Assembly (NCBI GenBank): GCA_039801565.1
Contig: JBDRUX010000015.1
Span: forward strand, 1-31,793
DNA from: a candidate division WOR-3 bacterium
GTDB taxonomy: Bacteria; Hydrothermota; Tepidihabitantia; Tepidihabitantales; JAOUPE01
Length of the DNA: 31,793 nt
Reading direction: 5' to 3'
Each line of letters opens with the position of its first letter. The stretch's first letter is position 1. A model generated the notes under the pieces. It saw only the letters and a program-made list of their open reading frames with translations, searched no databases and was not told the DNA's origin. The translations under genes were made by a program, and so were the position numbers. Below, in pieces: positions 23,565-31,793 of this stretch.

Positions 23565-26189
23565 ATGTCACTTACCCCGCTCTTAGAGCAGTACCATCGG
23601 ATTAAGCAGAAATATCAAGATACTATCCTTCTGTTTCAAGTGGGTGATTTTTATGAGATGTTCTACGATGATGCCAAGATCGGTGCGAAAGTATTGGGTC
23701 TTACCCTTACCGCCCGTTCCCACGGCAAATATAACCGGGTGCCGTTAGCAGGGATACCGCTAAAATCACTGGATACTTATCTTAGCCGTCTGGTTGGTGC
23801 TGGATTTAAGGTCGCAATTTGTGAACAGACAGAGGCACCCGGATTGGCAAAGCTTATTAAACGAAATGTGATCGAAGTGATTACCCCGGGAACGGCGATG
23901 CGACCAGCCCTATTAGAAGAAAATAAGAATCAATATCTCTTAGCAATCACCGAGAACAAAAATAGCATTTTTGGCTTTGCCTTTTGCGACATTTCAACTG
24001 GTGAATTTTATTTAACCGAGCTTGCTGAAAACAATCTTCTTGAAGAAATTCAGAAACTCGATCCAAAAGAGATTATAATTCCCCAAAGCAAGGTTACGGT
24101 ATTTGATAATTTAAGACTGGGGCGAGTCTTAACCCGATTAGACGATTACTATTTTTCTTACGATTTTGCTTACGAGAAATTAAAAAATCACTTTGGGGTG
24201 GCTAATTTAGCCGGGTTCGGTGTCGAAGGTTTTCCGTTAGGGATTGCCACAGCCGGTGCAATCCTGTATTATTTAGAAGAGACAATGGGCGGGCAAAAAA
24301 ATACCCTGCCCCATATCCAAAAGATCTCGGTCTATTGCGCAACCGATTATTTACTAATTGACCAAACGACCCGTAAGAACTTAGAATTGACCGAACGGCT
24401 AAATCCAATAAGTTCAACTGATACCAAAACCGGCACTCTTTTATCAATCCTCGCCAAGACAAAAACACCAGTTGGAACGAGGCTTTTGCGGAAATGGCTT
24501 TTACGGCCATTGTTAGATATTCCGAAAATAAGAGAGCGTCAGCAAGCAGTCGAAGAGTTAATGAATAACTCTTATTTGGCAAAGGAATTGGACACAATTT
24601 TAACCACGATTGGTGATATTGAGCGTATCGCTTCCCGAGTTGGTTGCGAGCGGGCTAATGCCCGGGATTTGATTGCCTTAAAAAATTTTCTTAAGGCCGC
24701 ACCAAAGCTAAAAAACTTATTAGCCGATACAACCAGTGAATTATTAAAAGAATGTTATAACCGAATTTTTGACTTCACACCGATAGTGACAAGGATTGAG
24801 AATACTTTGGTTTTTGAACCACCGCTTTCTTTAACCGAAGGTGGTCTTATTCGAACTGGTTGCTCACCGGAGTTAGACGAAATTCGCCAAATGTGCCATA
24901 ATGCCAAAAATTATATCCAAACCTTGCAAGAAAAGGAACGCAAGGCCACCGGTATTCCTAACCTTAGGGTGAATTATAATTCAGTGTTTGGTTATTACAT
25001 CGAGGTTACCAAATCTTACTTGCATTTAGTACCAAAACATTATTTGCGGAAACAGACTGTAGCAAATGCCGAACGATTTATCACCCCGGAACTGAAGGAG
25101 TACGAAGCCAAAGTGTTAAATGCCGAAGCCCGTAGTCAAACTTTGGAGTATGAAATATTTATCGAATTGCGCCGGGAAGTGGCTCGGTCGGTTTTGAAGA
25201 TTTTAGAATTCTCCAGTATCGTTGCTCAACTCGATGTGCTTTTAAGTCTTGCCCTGGTGGCAAAAGAGAACAATTATGTCAAACCCGAAATTAACGATGG
25301 GAATGAAATCATTATCAAAGACTCGCGGCATCCGGTTGTCGAAAGACTTTTAACCGAACCATTCATTACCAATGATGTCTTTTTGTCGAATGATGACCAC
25401 CAAATCCTTTTGATAACCGGTCCGAATATGGCAGGGAAGTCAACTTATCTTCGTCAGGTCGCTTTGATTGTGATAATGGCGCAGATGGGTTCATTTGTTC
25501 CAGCGCGCCAAGCCAAGATTGGTATTGTGGATAAGATATTCACGCGGATTGGGGCTTCGGACGATTTAGCCCGCGGGGTTTCTACTTTTTTAGCCGAGAT
25601 GAACGAAACCGCTTATATTTTAAATAATGCTACTACCCGCAGTCTAATCATCTTAGACGAGGTTGGACGCGGTACCGCGACCTATGATGGCTTAGCCATA
25701 GCCTGGGCAGTGGTCGAATATTTGCACACAAACTCAAGTGGCGTATATCCCAAAACATTATTTGCCACCCATTATCACGAGTTAACTGACATTACCAACT
25801 TTTTGCCCCGAGTCAAAAATTATAACTTTGCCGTTAAAGAGTCAGGGGACAGCATAATATTTTTAAGAAAATTAGTAGCCGGTAAAAGTGATAAGAGTTA
25901 TGGCATTGCGGTAGCAAAATTGGCTGGTCTGCCCAAAGCGGTAATTGAACGGGCTAAAGCAGTACTGCGGGAATTCGAAAAAGGCGAAAAGATAAGTGTC
26001 CAAAGCATCGCTCCGGAAAAGATAACAACTACCAGCGAACAAAACCAAACCAATAAAATTGCTGAGAACCTAATTGAAGAGTTGGCAAAGATTGACCTTA
26101 ACCAAATCACACCATTAATGGCATTAAATATTTTAGCCGAACTGAAGCAAAAAATTCAAGATTCCAAAGGAGAAGGGGCTATTCAGTAA
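23565..26189 (+). CDS. mutS: DNA mismatch repair protein MutS
   Basis: GDFYEMF, TGPNMAGKSTYLRQ, STFLAEM, DEVGRGT, FATHYHEL and SYGIAVA. Confidence 0.98.
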   Translation: MSLTPLLEQYHRIKQKYQDTILLFQVGDFYEMFYDDAKIGAKVLGLTLTARSHGKYNRVPLAGIPLKSLDTYLSRLVGAGFKVAICEQTEAPGLAKLIKRNVIEVITPGTAMRPALLEENKNQYLLAITENKNSIFGFAFCDISTGEFYLTELAENNLLEEIQKLDPKEIIIPQSKVTVFDNLRLGRVLTRLDDYYFSYDFAYEKLKNHFGVANLAGFGVEGFPLGIATAGAILYYLEETMGGQKNTLPHIQKISVYCATDYLLIDQTTRKNLELTERLNPISSTDTKTGTLLSILAKTKTPVGTRLLRKWLLRPLLDIPKIRERQQAVEELMNNSYLAKELDTILTTIGDIERIASRVGCERANARDLIALKNFLKAAPKLKNLLADTTSELLKECYNRIFDFTPIVTRIENTLVFEPPLSLTEGGLIRTGCSPELDEIRQMCHNAKNYIQTLQEKERKATGIPNLRVNYNSVFGYYIEVTKSYLHLVPKHYLRKQTVANAERFITPELKEYEAKVLNAEARSQTLEYEIFIELRREVARSVLKILEFSSIVAQLDVLLSLALVAKENNYVKPEINDGNEIIIKDSRHPVVERLLTEPFITNDVFLSNDDHQILLITGPNMAGKSTYLRQVALIVIMAQMGSFVPARQAKIGIVDKIFTRIGASDDLARGVSTFLAEMNETAYILNNATTRSLIILDEVGRGTATYDGLAIAWAVVEYLHTNSSGVYPKTLFATHYHELTDITNFLPRVKNYNFAVKESGDSIIFLRKLVAGKSDKSYGIAVAKLAGLPKAVIERAKAVLREFEKGEKISVQSIAPEKITTTSEQNQTNKIAENLIEELAKIDLNQITPLMALNILAELKQKIQDSKGEGAIQ

Positions 26190-27144
26190 CCAACGCCTCC
26201 TTGTATGCGAAAATTGAAAATAATCCACCGGTATGAATAAAGATTGGGTTGTGATAGTCTAATCTTTCCCTTTCTTTAATCATACCATAAAACGCCTTGC
26301 CGGTATAAACCGGGTCTAAAATAATTCCTTTCAACGCCAACTTCTTAATAACTTCGATTTCTTCAGGATAAGGAATTCCATAACCAGCACCGATATAACC
26401 ATTGATGAGTTTAATATCAGCCTCGTCAATCGCAAGTTTCTTTTCGAGAATAATACTCGATTCATTAATAATGTTCTTAATTTTCACCTTAAAATATTCA
26501 ATGGTCTCGTCAACCAAGATACCATATAATGGCGTTTCTACACCATAGAGGTATTTACCCAATAATAATCCAGCATAAGTGCCACCTGAGCCAACCGGAC
26601 AGAAGATTGCGTCAATGGCTTGCAGTTTGATGTAACTTTTCATCTCCTGCATTGCTGATAGATAACCTAAGGCACCTAAGCCATTTGAGCCGCCGGTTGG
26701 GATAAGATAAGGCTTAAAACCCTGTTTTTTGTATTTTGTTGCTAATTCTTGCATAAAACTTTCTTTCAGCTTATCGTATTCCTCTTGGGCTAAGAAATAA
26801 ATATCGGCACCAAAGAGCGAAGAAAGCAAAAGGTTGCCGTCAAAAACTTGGGGTTGCGTGCCACTCATAACCGCTACTCCTTTCAAGCCTATTGTAGCGC
26901 AGAGATAAAGCGTTGTTCGGATATGATTCGATTGGATTGCGCCAGCGGTAATAATGCAATCGCATTGCTTATTCAAAGCATCGGCTAAAAGGTATTCCAA
27001 TTTTCTTACTTTATTACCCGAAGCCAGTAGACCGGTTAAATCGTCCCGTTTCAAATGAATCTTAACTTTGGGTGGCAGACCTGGAATATCCGATATACAT
27101 TGAATTGGTGTTGGCTTTTGGGCTAATTGCAAAGGCTCAATCAT
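26179..27144 (-). CDS. D-cysteine desulfhydrase / ACC deaminase family PLP enzyme
   Basis: KRDDLTG...GNKVRKLEY, QSNH, GSGGT, LDPVYTGKA and IHTGG. Confidence 0.93.
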   Translation of the reverse strand: MIEPLQLAQKPTPIQCISDIPGLPPKVKIHLKRDDLTGLLASGNKVRKLEYLLADALNKQCDCIITAGAIQSNHIRTTLYLCATIGLKGVAVMSGTQPQVFDGNLLLSSLFGADIYFLAQEEYDKLKESFMQELATKYKKQGFKPYLIPTGGSNGLGALGYLSAMQEMKSYIKLQAIDAIFCPVGSGGTYAGLLLGKYLYGVETPLYGILVDETIEYFKVKIKNIINESSIILEKKLAIDEADIKLINGYIGAGYGIPYPEEIEVIKKLALKGIILDPVYTGKAFYGMIKERERLDYHNPIFIHTGGLFSIFAYKEALVTE

Positions 27145-27150
27145 TACTCG

Positions 27151-27178
27151 ATTATAACGGCTTTAGCGATGTTGTCAA
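27151..27178 (-). promoter_or_regulatory. Consensus sigma70 promoter, probable leaderless start
   Basis: TTGACA-16nt-TATAAT on the minus strand, ATG 6 nt downstream. Confidence 0.8.
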
Positions 27179-27203
27179 ACCTATATTACCTTCACCGATA
27201 CCT

Positions 27204-27221
27204 ATCCTGACCGGTCAGGAT
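27204..27221. repeat. Perfect 18-bp palindrome between divergent promoters
   Basis: ATCCTGACCGGTCAGGAT. Confidence 0.6.
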
Positions 27222-27262
27222 TAGAAGGAAGCAATAATAAATGTGACAAAGAAATTGCGGTC

Positions 27263-27290
27263 TTGACAGGGACAAAAATTAAGGTATCTT
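27263..27290 (+). promoter_or_regulatory. sigma70-type promoter of the RM locus
   Basis: TTGACA-16nt-TATCTT. Confidence 0.55.
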
Positions 27291-27313
27291 TTTCAGAAAT
27301 GACGAGTTGAAAT

Positions 27314-29416
27314 ATGAGGAAATTGAGTAAGGAAGAAATAGATACTATCGTTAAATTGCTAAACGAGGGCAAACCAATCCCTGAGGAATTTAGATGGTTA
27401 CTCTTTGAAGGAAGACAAGAGACCGAATTGCTTTATGCCGGTAAGCAGAGAGAAGTTGATGTTATCGCTGAAACGATGGCGGTTCCTTTACAAAAGGTTA
27501 AGGTCTTTGGTGATGTGAACGATGACGAGTGGCACAATATGTTGATTTTTGGTGATAACTTGCAAATTCTGAAGACTCTGCTTAAGATGAAAGACGAAGG
27601 CAAACTAAAAAATCCGGATGGTTCAAAAGGTGTTCGGTTAATTTATATTGACCCGCCGTTTGGAACTGGGGATATTTACGGTAAGGGTGATGTTGGGGCA
27701 TATTCGGCAAAACTGATGGGAGCAAAATACCTGGAATGGTTAAGACAGAGGGTAATTTTATTAAGGGAGTTGCTTGCTGACGATGGCAGTTTTTATATGA
27801 GGACTGACTATCATTTCGGGCATTATATGAAAGTCTTGCTGGATGAGATTTTTGGGAAGGAGAATTTTCAGAATGAAATAATTATTAACCGCACCAAAAA
27901 GATATTCGAAGGAATAAATAGATTTAACACAGCTTCTGATTCGGTATTTTTCTACACAAAAACACAAAATTATTTATTTCATGGCTTCAAAAAAGAAAGA
28001 ACCGATCAAAAATGGCTTCATATGCACTCGCCCGGCATTCGATGGTCAAAAGTAGATACAAAATATTTGCATTTTTATAAGCCTGAAGAACTTAAAGAAA
28101 AAAATGGAGAATATTATTCAAGAGGCAGGGTATTTGAGAATAAAATAATAATGCCCCCCGATGGTCGTCATTGGACCTTTACCCAAGAAAGATTGGACAA
28201 ATATATATCTGAAGGTAGAATAAGATTGAATGACAAGACGGGCATGCCTGAGTATTTAACAAGTGCGATGGAAATTGTTGATTCCAATTGGACAGATATT
28301 CCGGGTTATACCTTTAAGTGGGATTATCCGACTGAAAACTCCGAGCAACTTCTTGAACGAATTATCAAAGCCTCATCTAACGAAGGCGATATCGTTTTAG
28401 ACGCTTATGCTGGTTCAGGCACAACCGGGGCGGTGGCCGAAAAACTTAAAAGAAGATGGATTATGATTGATTCTTCTAAGTTCGCTATTTATACAATGAT
28501 AAAGAGAATGCTTAATCTGAAGCAAGAAATCGGTAATAAAGGGAAACCATTAAAACCAAAGCCTTTTGCGGTTTATAATGCCGGTCTTTATGATATGAGG
28601 ATACTTAAAGAACTGCCTTTTGCTGAATACCGAAAGTTTGCCTTGGAACTGTTCCAATGCAAAGATGAACCGCATACTATCGCCGGTATTGATTTAGATG
28701 GCTATTTTGGTCAAGATGATGTCTTAGTCTTTAAATGGAAAAAGAATAAAAACGAAGAAGAGTATGTGATGGACCGAGGTTTTATTGATAATCTTCATTC
28801 AATATTGGGTAAAAGAATTGGCAAAAGGTTATTTATTATTGCACCGGCAGCCAGTGTCCTGTTTTTAGAAGATTATATTGATAAGGACGGAATTAAATAT
28901 TATGTCTTGCGGATTCCTTACTCAATAATTGACGAACTCCAAAAGAAGAATTTTAAACTTCTTGAGCAACCGCTTTCGGCTGATATTTCGGAAGTTAATA
29001 AGGTGATGGAGCAGGTCGGATTTGATTTTGTTTATCCACCGGATGTTGAGTGTAAATATTATATTGAGAAAAGAAAGAAGGAACTGCCATTTGAAGAGGC
29101 GGTAATAAAAATTAAGAAGTTTCAGAGCAATGTCCTTTCTAAGCGACCAATCCCGGATGAAGAACTTGGCTTTAAGGCATTATCAATGGTGATGATTGAT
29201 TATGACTTCAATGGCGATTATTTTGATATGGATGACAAATGGTTTGCATCGGATTTAGCAAAGAAGAATTATGAAATTCGCTTCCCCGCCGAAAAACTGA
29301 CCAACCGAATGATGATAATCTATATGGATGTGTGGGGAAATGAGAGAAGGGAAGTGAAAGGGAAAGAGGATTTTAAGAAAAATCGCACCGGCAATAGCCA
29401 AAAAGCAGAAAACTAA
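27314..29416 (+). CDS. mod: Type III restriction-modification methyltransferase (Mod), beta-class amino-MTase
   Basis: NMLIFGDNL, IYIDPPF (motif IV) before DAYAGSGTT (motif I), YPTE; downstream Res gene. Confidence 0.9.
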   Translation: MRKLSKEEIDTIVKLLNEGKPIPEEFRWLLFEGRQETELLYAGKQREVDVIAETMAVPLQKVKVFGDVNDDEWHNMLIFGDNLQILKTLLKMKDEGKLKNPDGSKGVRLIYIDPPFGTGDIYGKGDVGAYSAKLMGAKYLEWLRQRVILLRELLADDGSFYMRTDYHFGHYMKVLLDEIFGKENFQNEIIINRTKKIFEGINRFNTASDSVFFYTKTQNYLFHGFKKERTDQKWLHMHSPGIRWSKVDTKYLHFYKPEELKEKNGEYYSRGRVFENKIIMPPDGRHWTFTQERLDKYISEGRIRLNDKTGMPEYLTSAMEIVDSNWTDIPGYTFKWDYPTENSEQLLERIIKASSNEGDIVLDAYAGSGTTGAVAEKLKRRWIMIDSSKFAIYTMIKRMLNLKQEIGNKGKPLKPKPFAVYNAGLYDMRILKELPFAEYRKFALELFQCKDEPHTIAGIDLDGYFGQDDVLVFKWKKNKNEEEYVMDRGFIDNLHSILGKRIGKRLFIIAPAASVLFLEDYIDKDGIKYYVLRIPYSIIDELQKKNFKLLEQPLSADISEVNKVMEQVGFDFVYPPDVECKYYIEKRKKELPFEEAVIKIKKFQSNVLSKRPIPDEELGFKALSMVMIDYDFNGDYFDMDDKWFASDLAKKNYEIRFPAEKLTNRMMIIYMDVWGNERREVKGKEDFKKNRTGNSQKAEN

Positions 29417-29433
29417 GAAGAGAGGAAAATAAA

Positions 29434-29526
29434 ATAAAAAAATTTAAAGATTTTATCGGTAATGCGGAATCCGAAACTCTTGAATTTAAGTCATCGCTTG
29501 GGCAATTAGAAAGGATTAATGGATAA
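29434..29526 (+). pseudogene. N-terminal remnant of an AlbA_2/Schlafen-type DNA-binding domain gene
   Basis: Reads IKKFKDFIGNAESETLEFKSSLGQLERING*; ExxxLEFKSS is the typical AlbA_2 opening; GAGGA SD precedes ATA rather than ATG. Confidence 0.55.
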
Positions 29527-30622
29527 AATGGCAAATATCATTAAGTCGGCAAATTACAAAAATCTTCTCAATAAAGTCTCTGAACTGCTGGAAGCGGCAA
29601 GAAGAAAAACGGTCCGACAGATAAATACTGTTATTGTTGAAACCTATTGGCAGATTGGCAGGTTGATTGTGGAAGAAGAACAAAAAGGGAAAGAAAGGGC
29701 TGGCTATGGCGAAGAACTTCTGCTAAGGTTATCTAATGATTTAATGCAAAGATATGGCAGAGGTTTTTCGGTTGATAATCTGGAAGCAATGCGAAAATTT
29801 TATATCGTTTACCCTCACCTCTTAAAATCCGAGACGATGTCTCGGAAATCTGTAAAATCCGCAACATTGTCTCGGACATCGTTTGATGCTTTAAAAGAAA
29901 AATTAACTTGGTCACATTTTAGGGAGCTCATCTTAATAAAAGATGATTTGGCGAGGTCTTTTTATGAGATAGAAACGATTAAAAATAACTGGTCAGTGCG
30001 AGAACTAAAAAGACAGATTGATTCAATGCTTTTTGAAAGACTTGCGTTAAGTAAAAATAAAGAAAAGGTTAGGCAGTTGGCGAAAAAGGGGCAAGTTGTT
30101 GAAAAACCAGAAGATGCGGTAAAAAACCCTTATGTTTTAGAGTTTTTAGGAATACCAGAAAAAAGTTATTACACTGAATCACTGCTGGAACAGAAATTAA
30201 TAGACCATTTACAAGAGTTCCTTTTGGAATTGGGCAAGGGTTTTACTTTCGTTGGCAGGCAGAAAAGGATTACGATTGATAATGAGCATTATTATATTGA
30301 CCTTCTTTTTTATCATCGAATATTAAGATGTTTGATATTGATTGATTTAAAAATTGGCAAACTCGAACATAGAGATATTGGGCAGATGAATTTTTACCTG
30401 AATTACATAAAGGATAACGAACTACTCAAGGATGAAAATCCACCAATCGGCATTATTCTTTGCACCGAGTCAAAACGAAGTCGGGTATTTATCGAATATG
30501 CCCTCGGCGGATTGAGTAATAAAGTATTTGTATCAAAATACAAGTTATATCTACCTACGAAGAAGGAACTTGAGGTAGAGATAAAAAGGGAGACTGTTCG
30601 ACTAAAAATGTTTCCAAAGTAG
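29519..30622 (+). CDS. DUF1016/YhcG-family PD-(D/E)XK nuclease-domain protein
   Basis: YWQIGRLIVEEEQKG, LTWSH, WSVRELKRQI, KNPYVLEFL, LELGKGF and IDLLFYH...IDLK; start may be ATG 29528. Confidence 0.93.
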   Translation: MDKMANIIKSANYKNLLNKVSELLEAARRKTVRQINTVIVETYWQIGRLIVEEEQKGKERAGYGEELLLRLSNDLMQRYGRGFSVDNLEAMRKFYIVYPHLLKSETMSRKSVKSATLSRTSFDALKEKLTWSHFRELILIKDDLARSFYEIETIKNNWSVRELKRQIDSMLFERLALSKNKEKVRQLAKKGQVVEKPEDAVKNPYVLEFLGIPEKSYYTESLLEQKLIDHLQEFLLELGKGFTFVGRQKRITIDNEHYYIDLLFYHRILRCLILIDLKIGKLEHRDIGQMNFYLNYIKDNELLKDENPPIGIILCTESKRSRVFIEYALGGLSNKVFVSKYKLYLPTKKELEVEIKRETVRLKMFPK

Positions 30623-30720
30623 GTTGCGGTGTCCATTAATACAAAAGGTGAAATGACAAGCATTATAAAAGTTTACCCGAGTCAGATTAAAGTAATTGAA
30701 TACCAAATCGGGCAAAAGTA

Positions 30721-31070
30721 ATGTTAGAAAGAATCCGAATCATTAAAAGTAAAATTTCCCGCCAGGAATTACAGGAAATTGCTGAAGAGTTGTTTGGTGA
30801 TTTAATCAAACCGGTGGTTGATATCGAAAATGGCATTATGGCAATCGGCGGTGAACTGCATTCGGATGAGGAAGCGGTCCTTTTGGAACAGGGGTCAAAA
30901 CAAGAAAATTTATGGGGTATTAATATCTATCCCAAAGAATCAAAAGAAAATTGGATTGAATTTGATTCGGTTATTAACATCCGTCCGGCGCAAGGGAATT
31001 GTTCGCGCAATGTGGAAGACCCCAAAAAAAAGAGAAAATAGTCCAGATTGTTAATTCATTGATTGAGTGA
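30721..31070 (+). CDS. DUF5674-like protein, frameshifted at an A8 tract (0-frame stop at 31041, -1-frame stop at 31070)
   Basis: VVDIE..IMAIGGELHSDEE, GSKQENLWGIN, IEFDSVINIRP; the -1 frame continues EKIVQIVNSLIE* and ends 3 nt before the next ATG. Confidence 0.75.
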
Positions 31071-31073
31071 TTT

Positions 31074-31421
31074 ATGGCACAGCACAAAAATTTAGCCGCT
31101 GGTCGCTGGCAGGAATTTACCCTTTTGGAACAATTGGCGAATATTGGTGCCGAAATCGGTCGGACATTGCTCTGGCAGAGGAAAAATAATAAAGAGAAAA
31201 GCGCTAAAGCCTTAGAAAGAGGATTGGAACTGTTTGATTTAACAATTGCCGATAGCCGTTGGCGACATCGTTTAAAAGAAATCGTCCGAATGCGTGAGGT
31301 TGTTTGCGATTACTTTTATGGTGATAACTACTACCAATCAACTGCCGAGTCATTAGATAAATATTTTTTACAATTTGCAACTGCGGCGAGAAGAAAAATA
31401 CTGGTTAAGAGCAAAGATTAG
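31074..31421 (+). CDS. Hypothetical all-alpha protein (partner of the DUF5674-like gene)
   Basis: 115-aa ORF tightly packed between its neighbours; EQLANIGAEIGR, ERGLELFD and EIVRMRE helical segments. Confidence 0.8.
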   Translation: MAQHKNLAAGRWQEFTLLEQLANIGAEIGRTLLWQRKNNKEKSAKALERGLELFDLTIADSRWRHRLKEIVRMREVVCDYFYGDNYYQSTAESLDKYFLQFATAARRKILVKSKD

Positions 31422-31423
31422 CT

Positions 31424-31793
31424 ATGCCAGAAATCAAAGCCAGCGATTTAGTTTTAAAGGTCTCGGAAAGTATTGACCCGGAAATCTTTGACATTTCTAA
31501 ATACGAAGGCTTTTTAGACGCTCTTTGCGGGACACGGGAATTTCAGAAAGAAGCAATAAGAGTTGTTTTAAGGTATCTATTAGGAAAGAGATATAAGAAT
31601 CTTCGGGATTTGGCTGAAGAGAATTATGAGACTAATTCTAATCTTAAAGAACTTTATCCGACCTTTAACGATTTTGTAAGGCATCTGCAACTGCCGGATA
31701 AACTTGCCTGCACAATTGATTTGGCAACCGCAACCGGCAAGAGTTATGTCCTTTATGGTATAGCAAGAATAATGCTGGCTGAAGGTGTAGTAG
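31424..31793 (+). CDS. res: Type III restriction endonuclease Res subunit (SF2 helicase-like), truncated by the window end
   Basis: Open frame MPEIKASDLVLKV...; Q-motif REFQKEAI and Walker A variant DLATATGKSY; absent from the ORF track because it has no stop in the window. Confidence 0.85.
   Translation, partial: MPEIKASDLVLKVSESIDPEIFDISKYEGFLDALCGTREFQKEAIRVVLRYLLGKRYKNLRDLAEENYETNSNLKELYPTFNDFVRHLQLPDKLACTIDLATATGKSYVLYGIARIMLAEGVV

Noticed and set aside
1103..26110. Numerous 60-146 aa ORFs antisense to or nested in the called genes (e.g. 1103-1543, 3265-3627, 9468-9869, 19722-20054, 24202-24597)
   Set aside because: They are shadows of well-supported genes and carry no motifs of their own.
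30818..31054. 78-aa alternative-frame ORF as the frameshift partner of the DUF5674-like gene
   Set aside because: It is the +1 frame and reads as non-protein-like; the plausible continuation is in the -1 frame ending at 31070.
1..31793. tRNA, rRNA, transposase, integrase or prophage genes
   Set aside because: None recognised; the intergenic gaps are short and show no such signatures.

Overview
Bacterial chromosomal window of roughly 40% GC. LapA/LapB genes suggest a diderm and the hydrogenase suggests an anaerobe. 19-11899 (minus strand) is a 16-gene operon for a group 4 membrane-bound [NiFe] hydrogenase with Mrp-type subunits (Mbh-like). It is headed by a soluble module: AsrA/HydB-like FeS protein, AsrB/HydG-like FAD/NAD(P) protein, a shortened molybdopterin-oxidoreductase-like protein and a 4x[4Fe-4S] protein. 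Its only visible antiporter-like subunit appears to lack the usual ion-pumping residues. 12-27 kb is housekeeping: SAM methyltransferase, PAC2-family protein, accD, MalK/UgpC-type ATPase, NatAB-like ABC exporter, sodium:solute symporter with a small accessory ORF, miaB-lapA-lapB-mutS and a D-cysteine desulfhydrase-family gene. 27.3 kb to the end is a type III restriction-modification locus whose mod and res genes are separated by DUF1016, a frameshifted DUF5674-like gene with an unknown partner, and gene remnants. Notable non-coding patterns are sigma70-like promoters with mostly 16-nt spacers and leaderless starts, palindromic or simple-repeat elements inserted in frame in genes, and a GC-rich 12-bp-periodic self-complementary tract at 16246-16449. 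All family assignments are motif recognition by eye; no searches were run.
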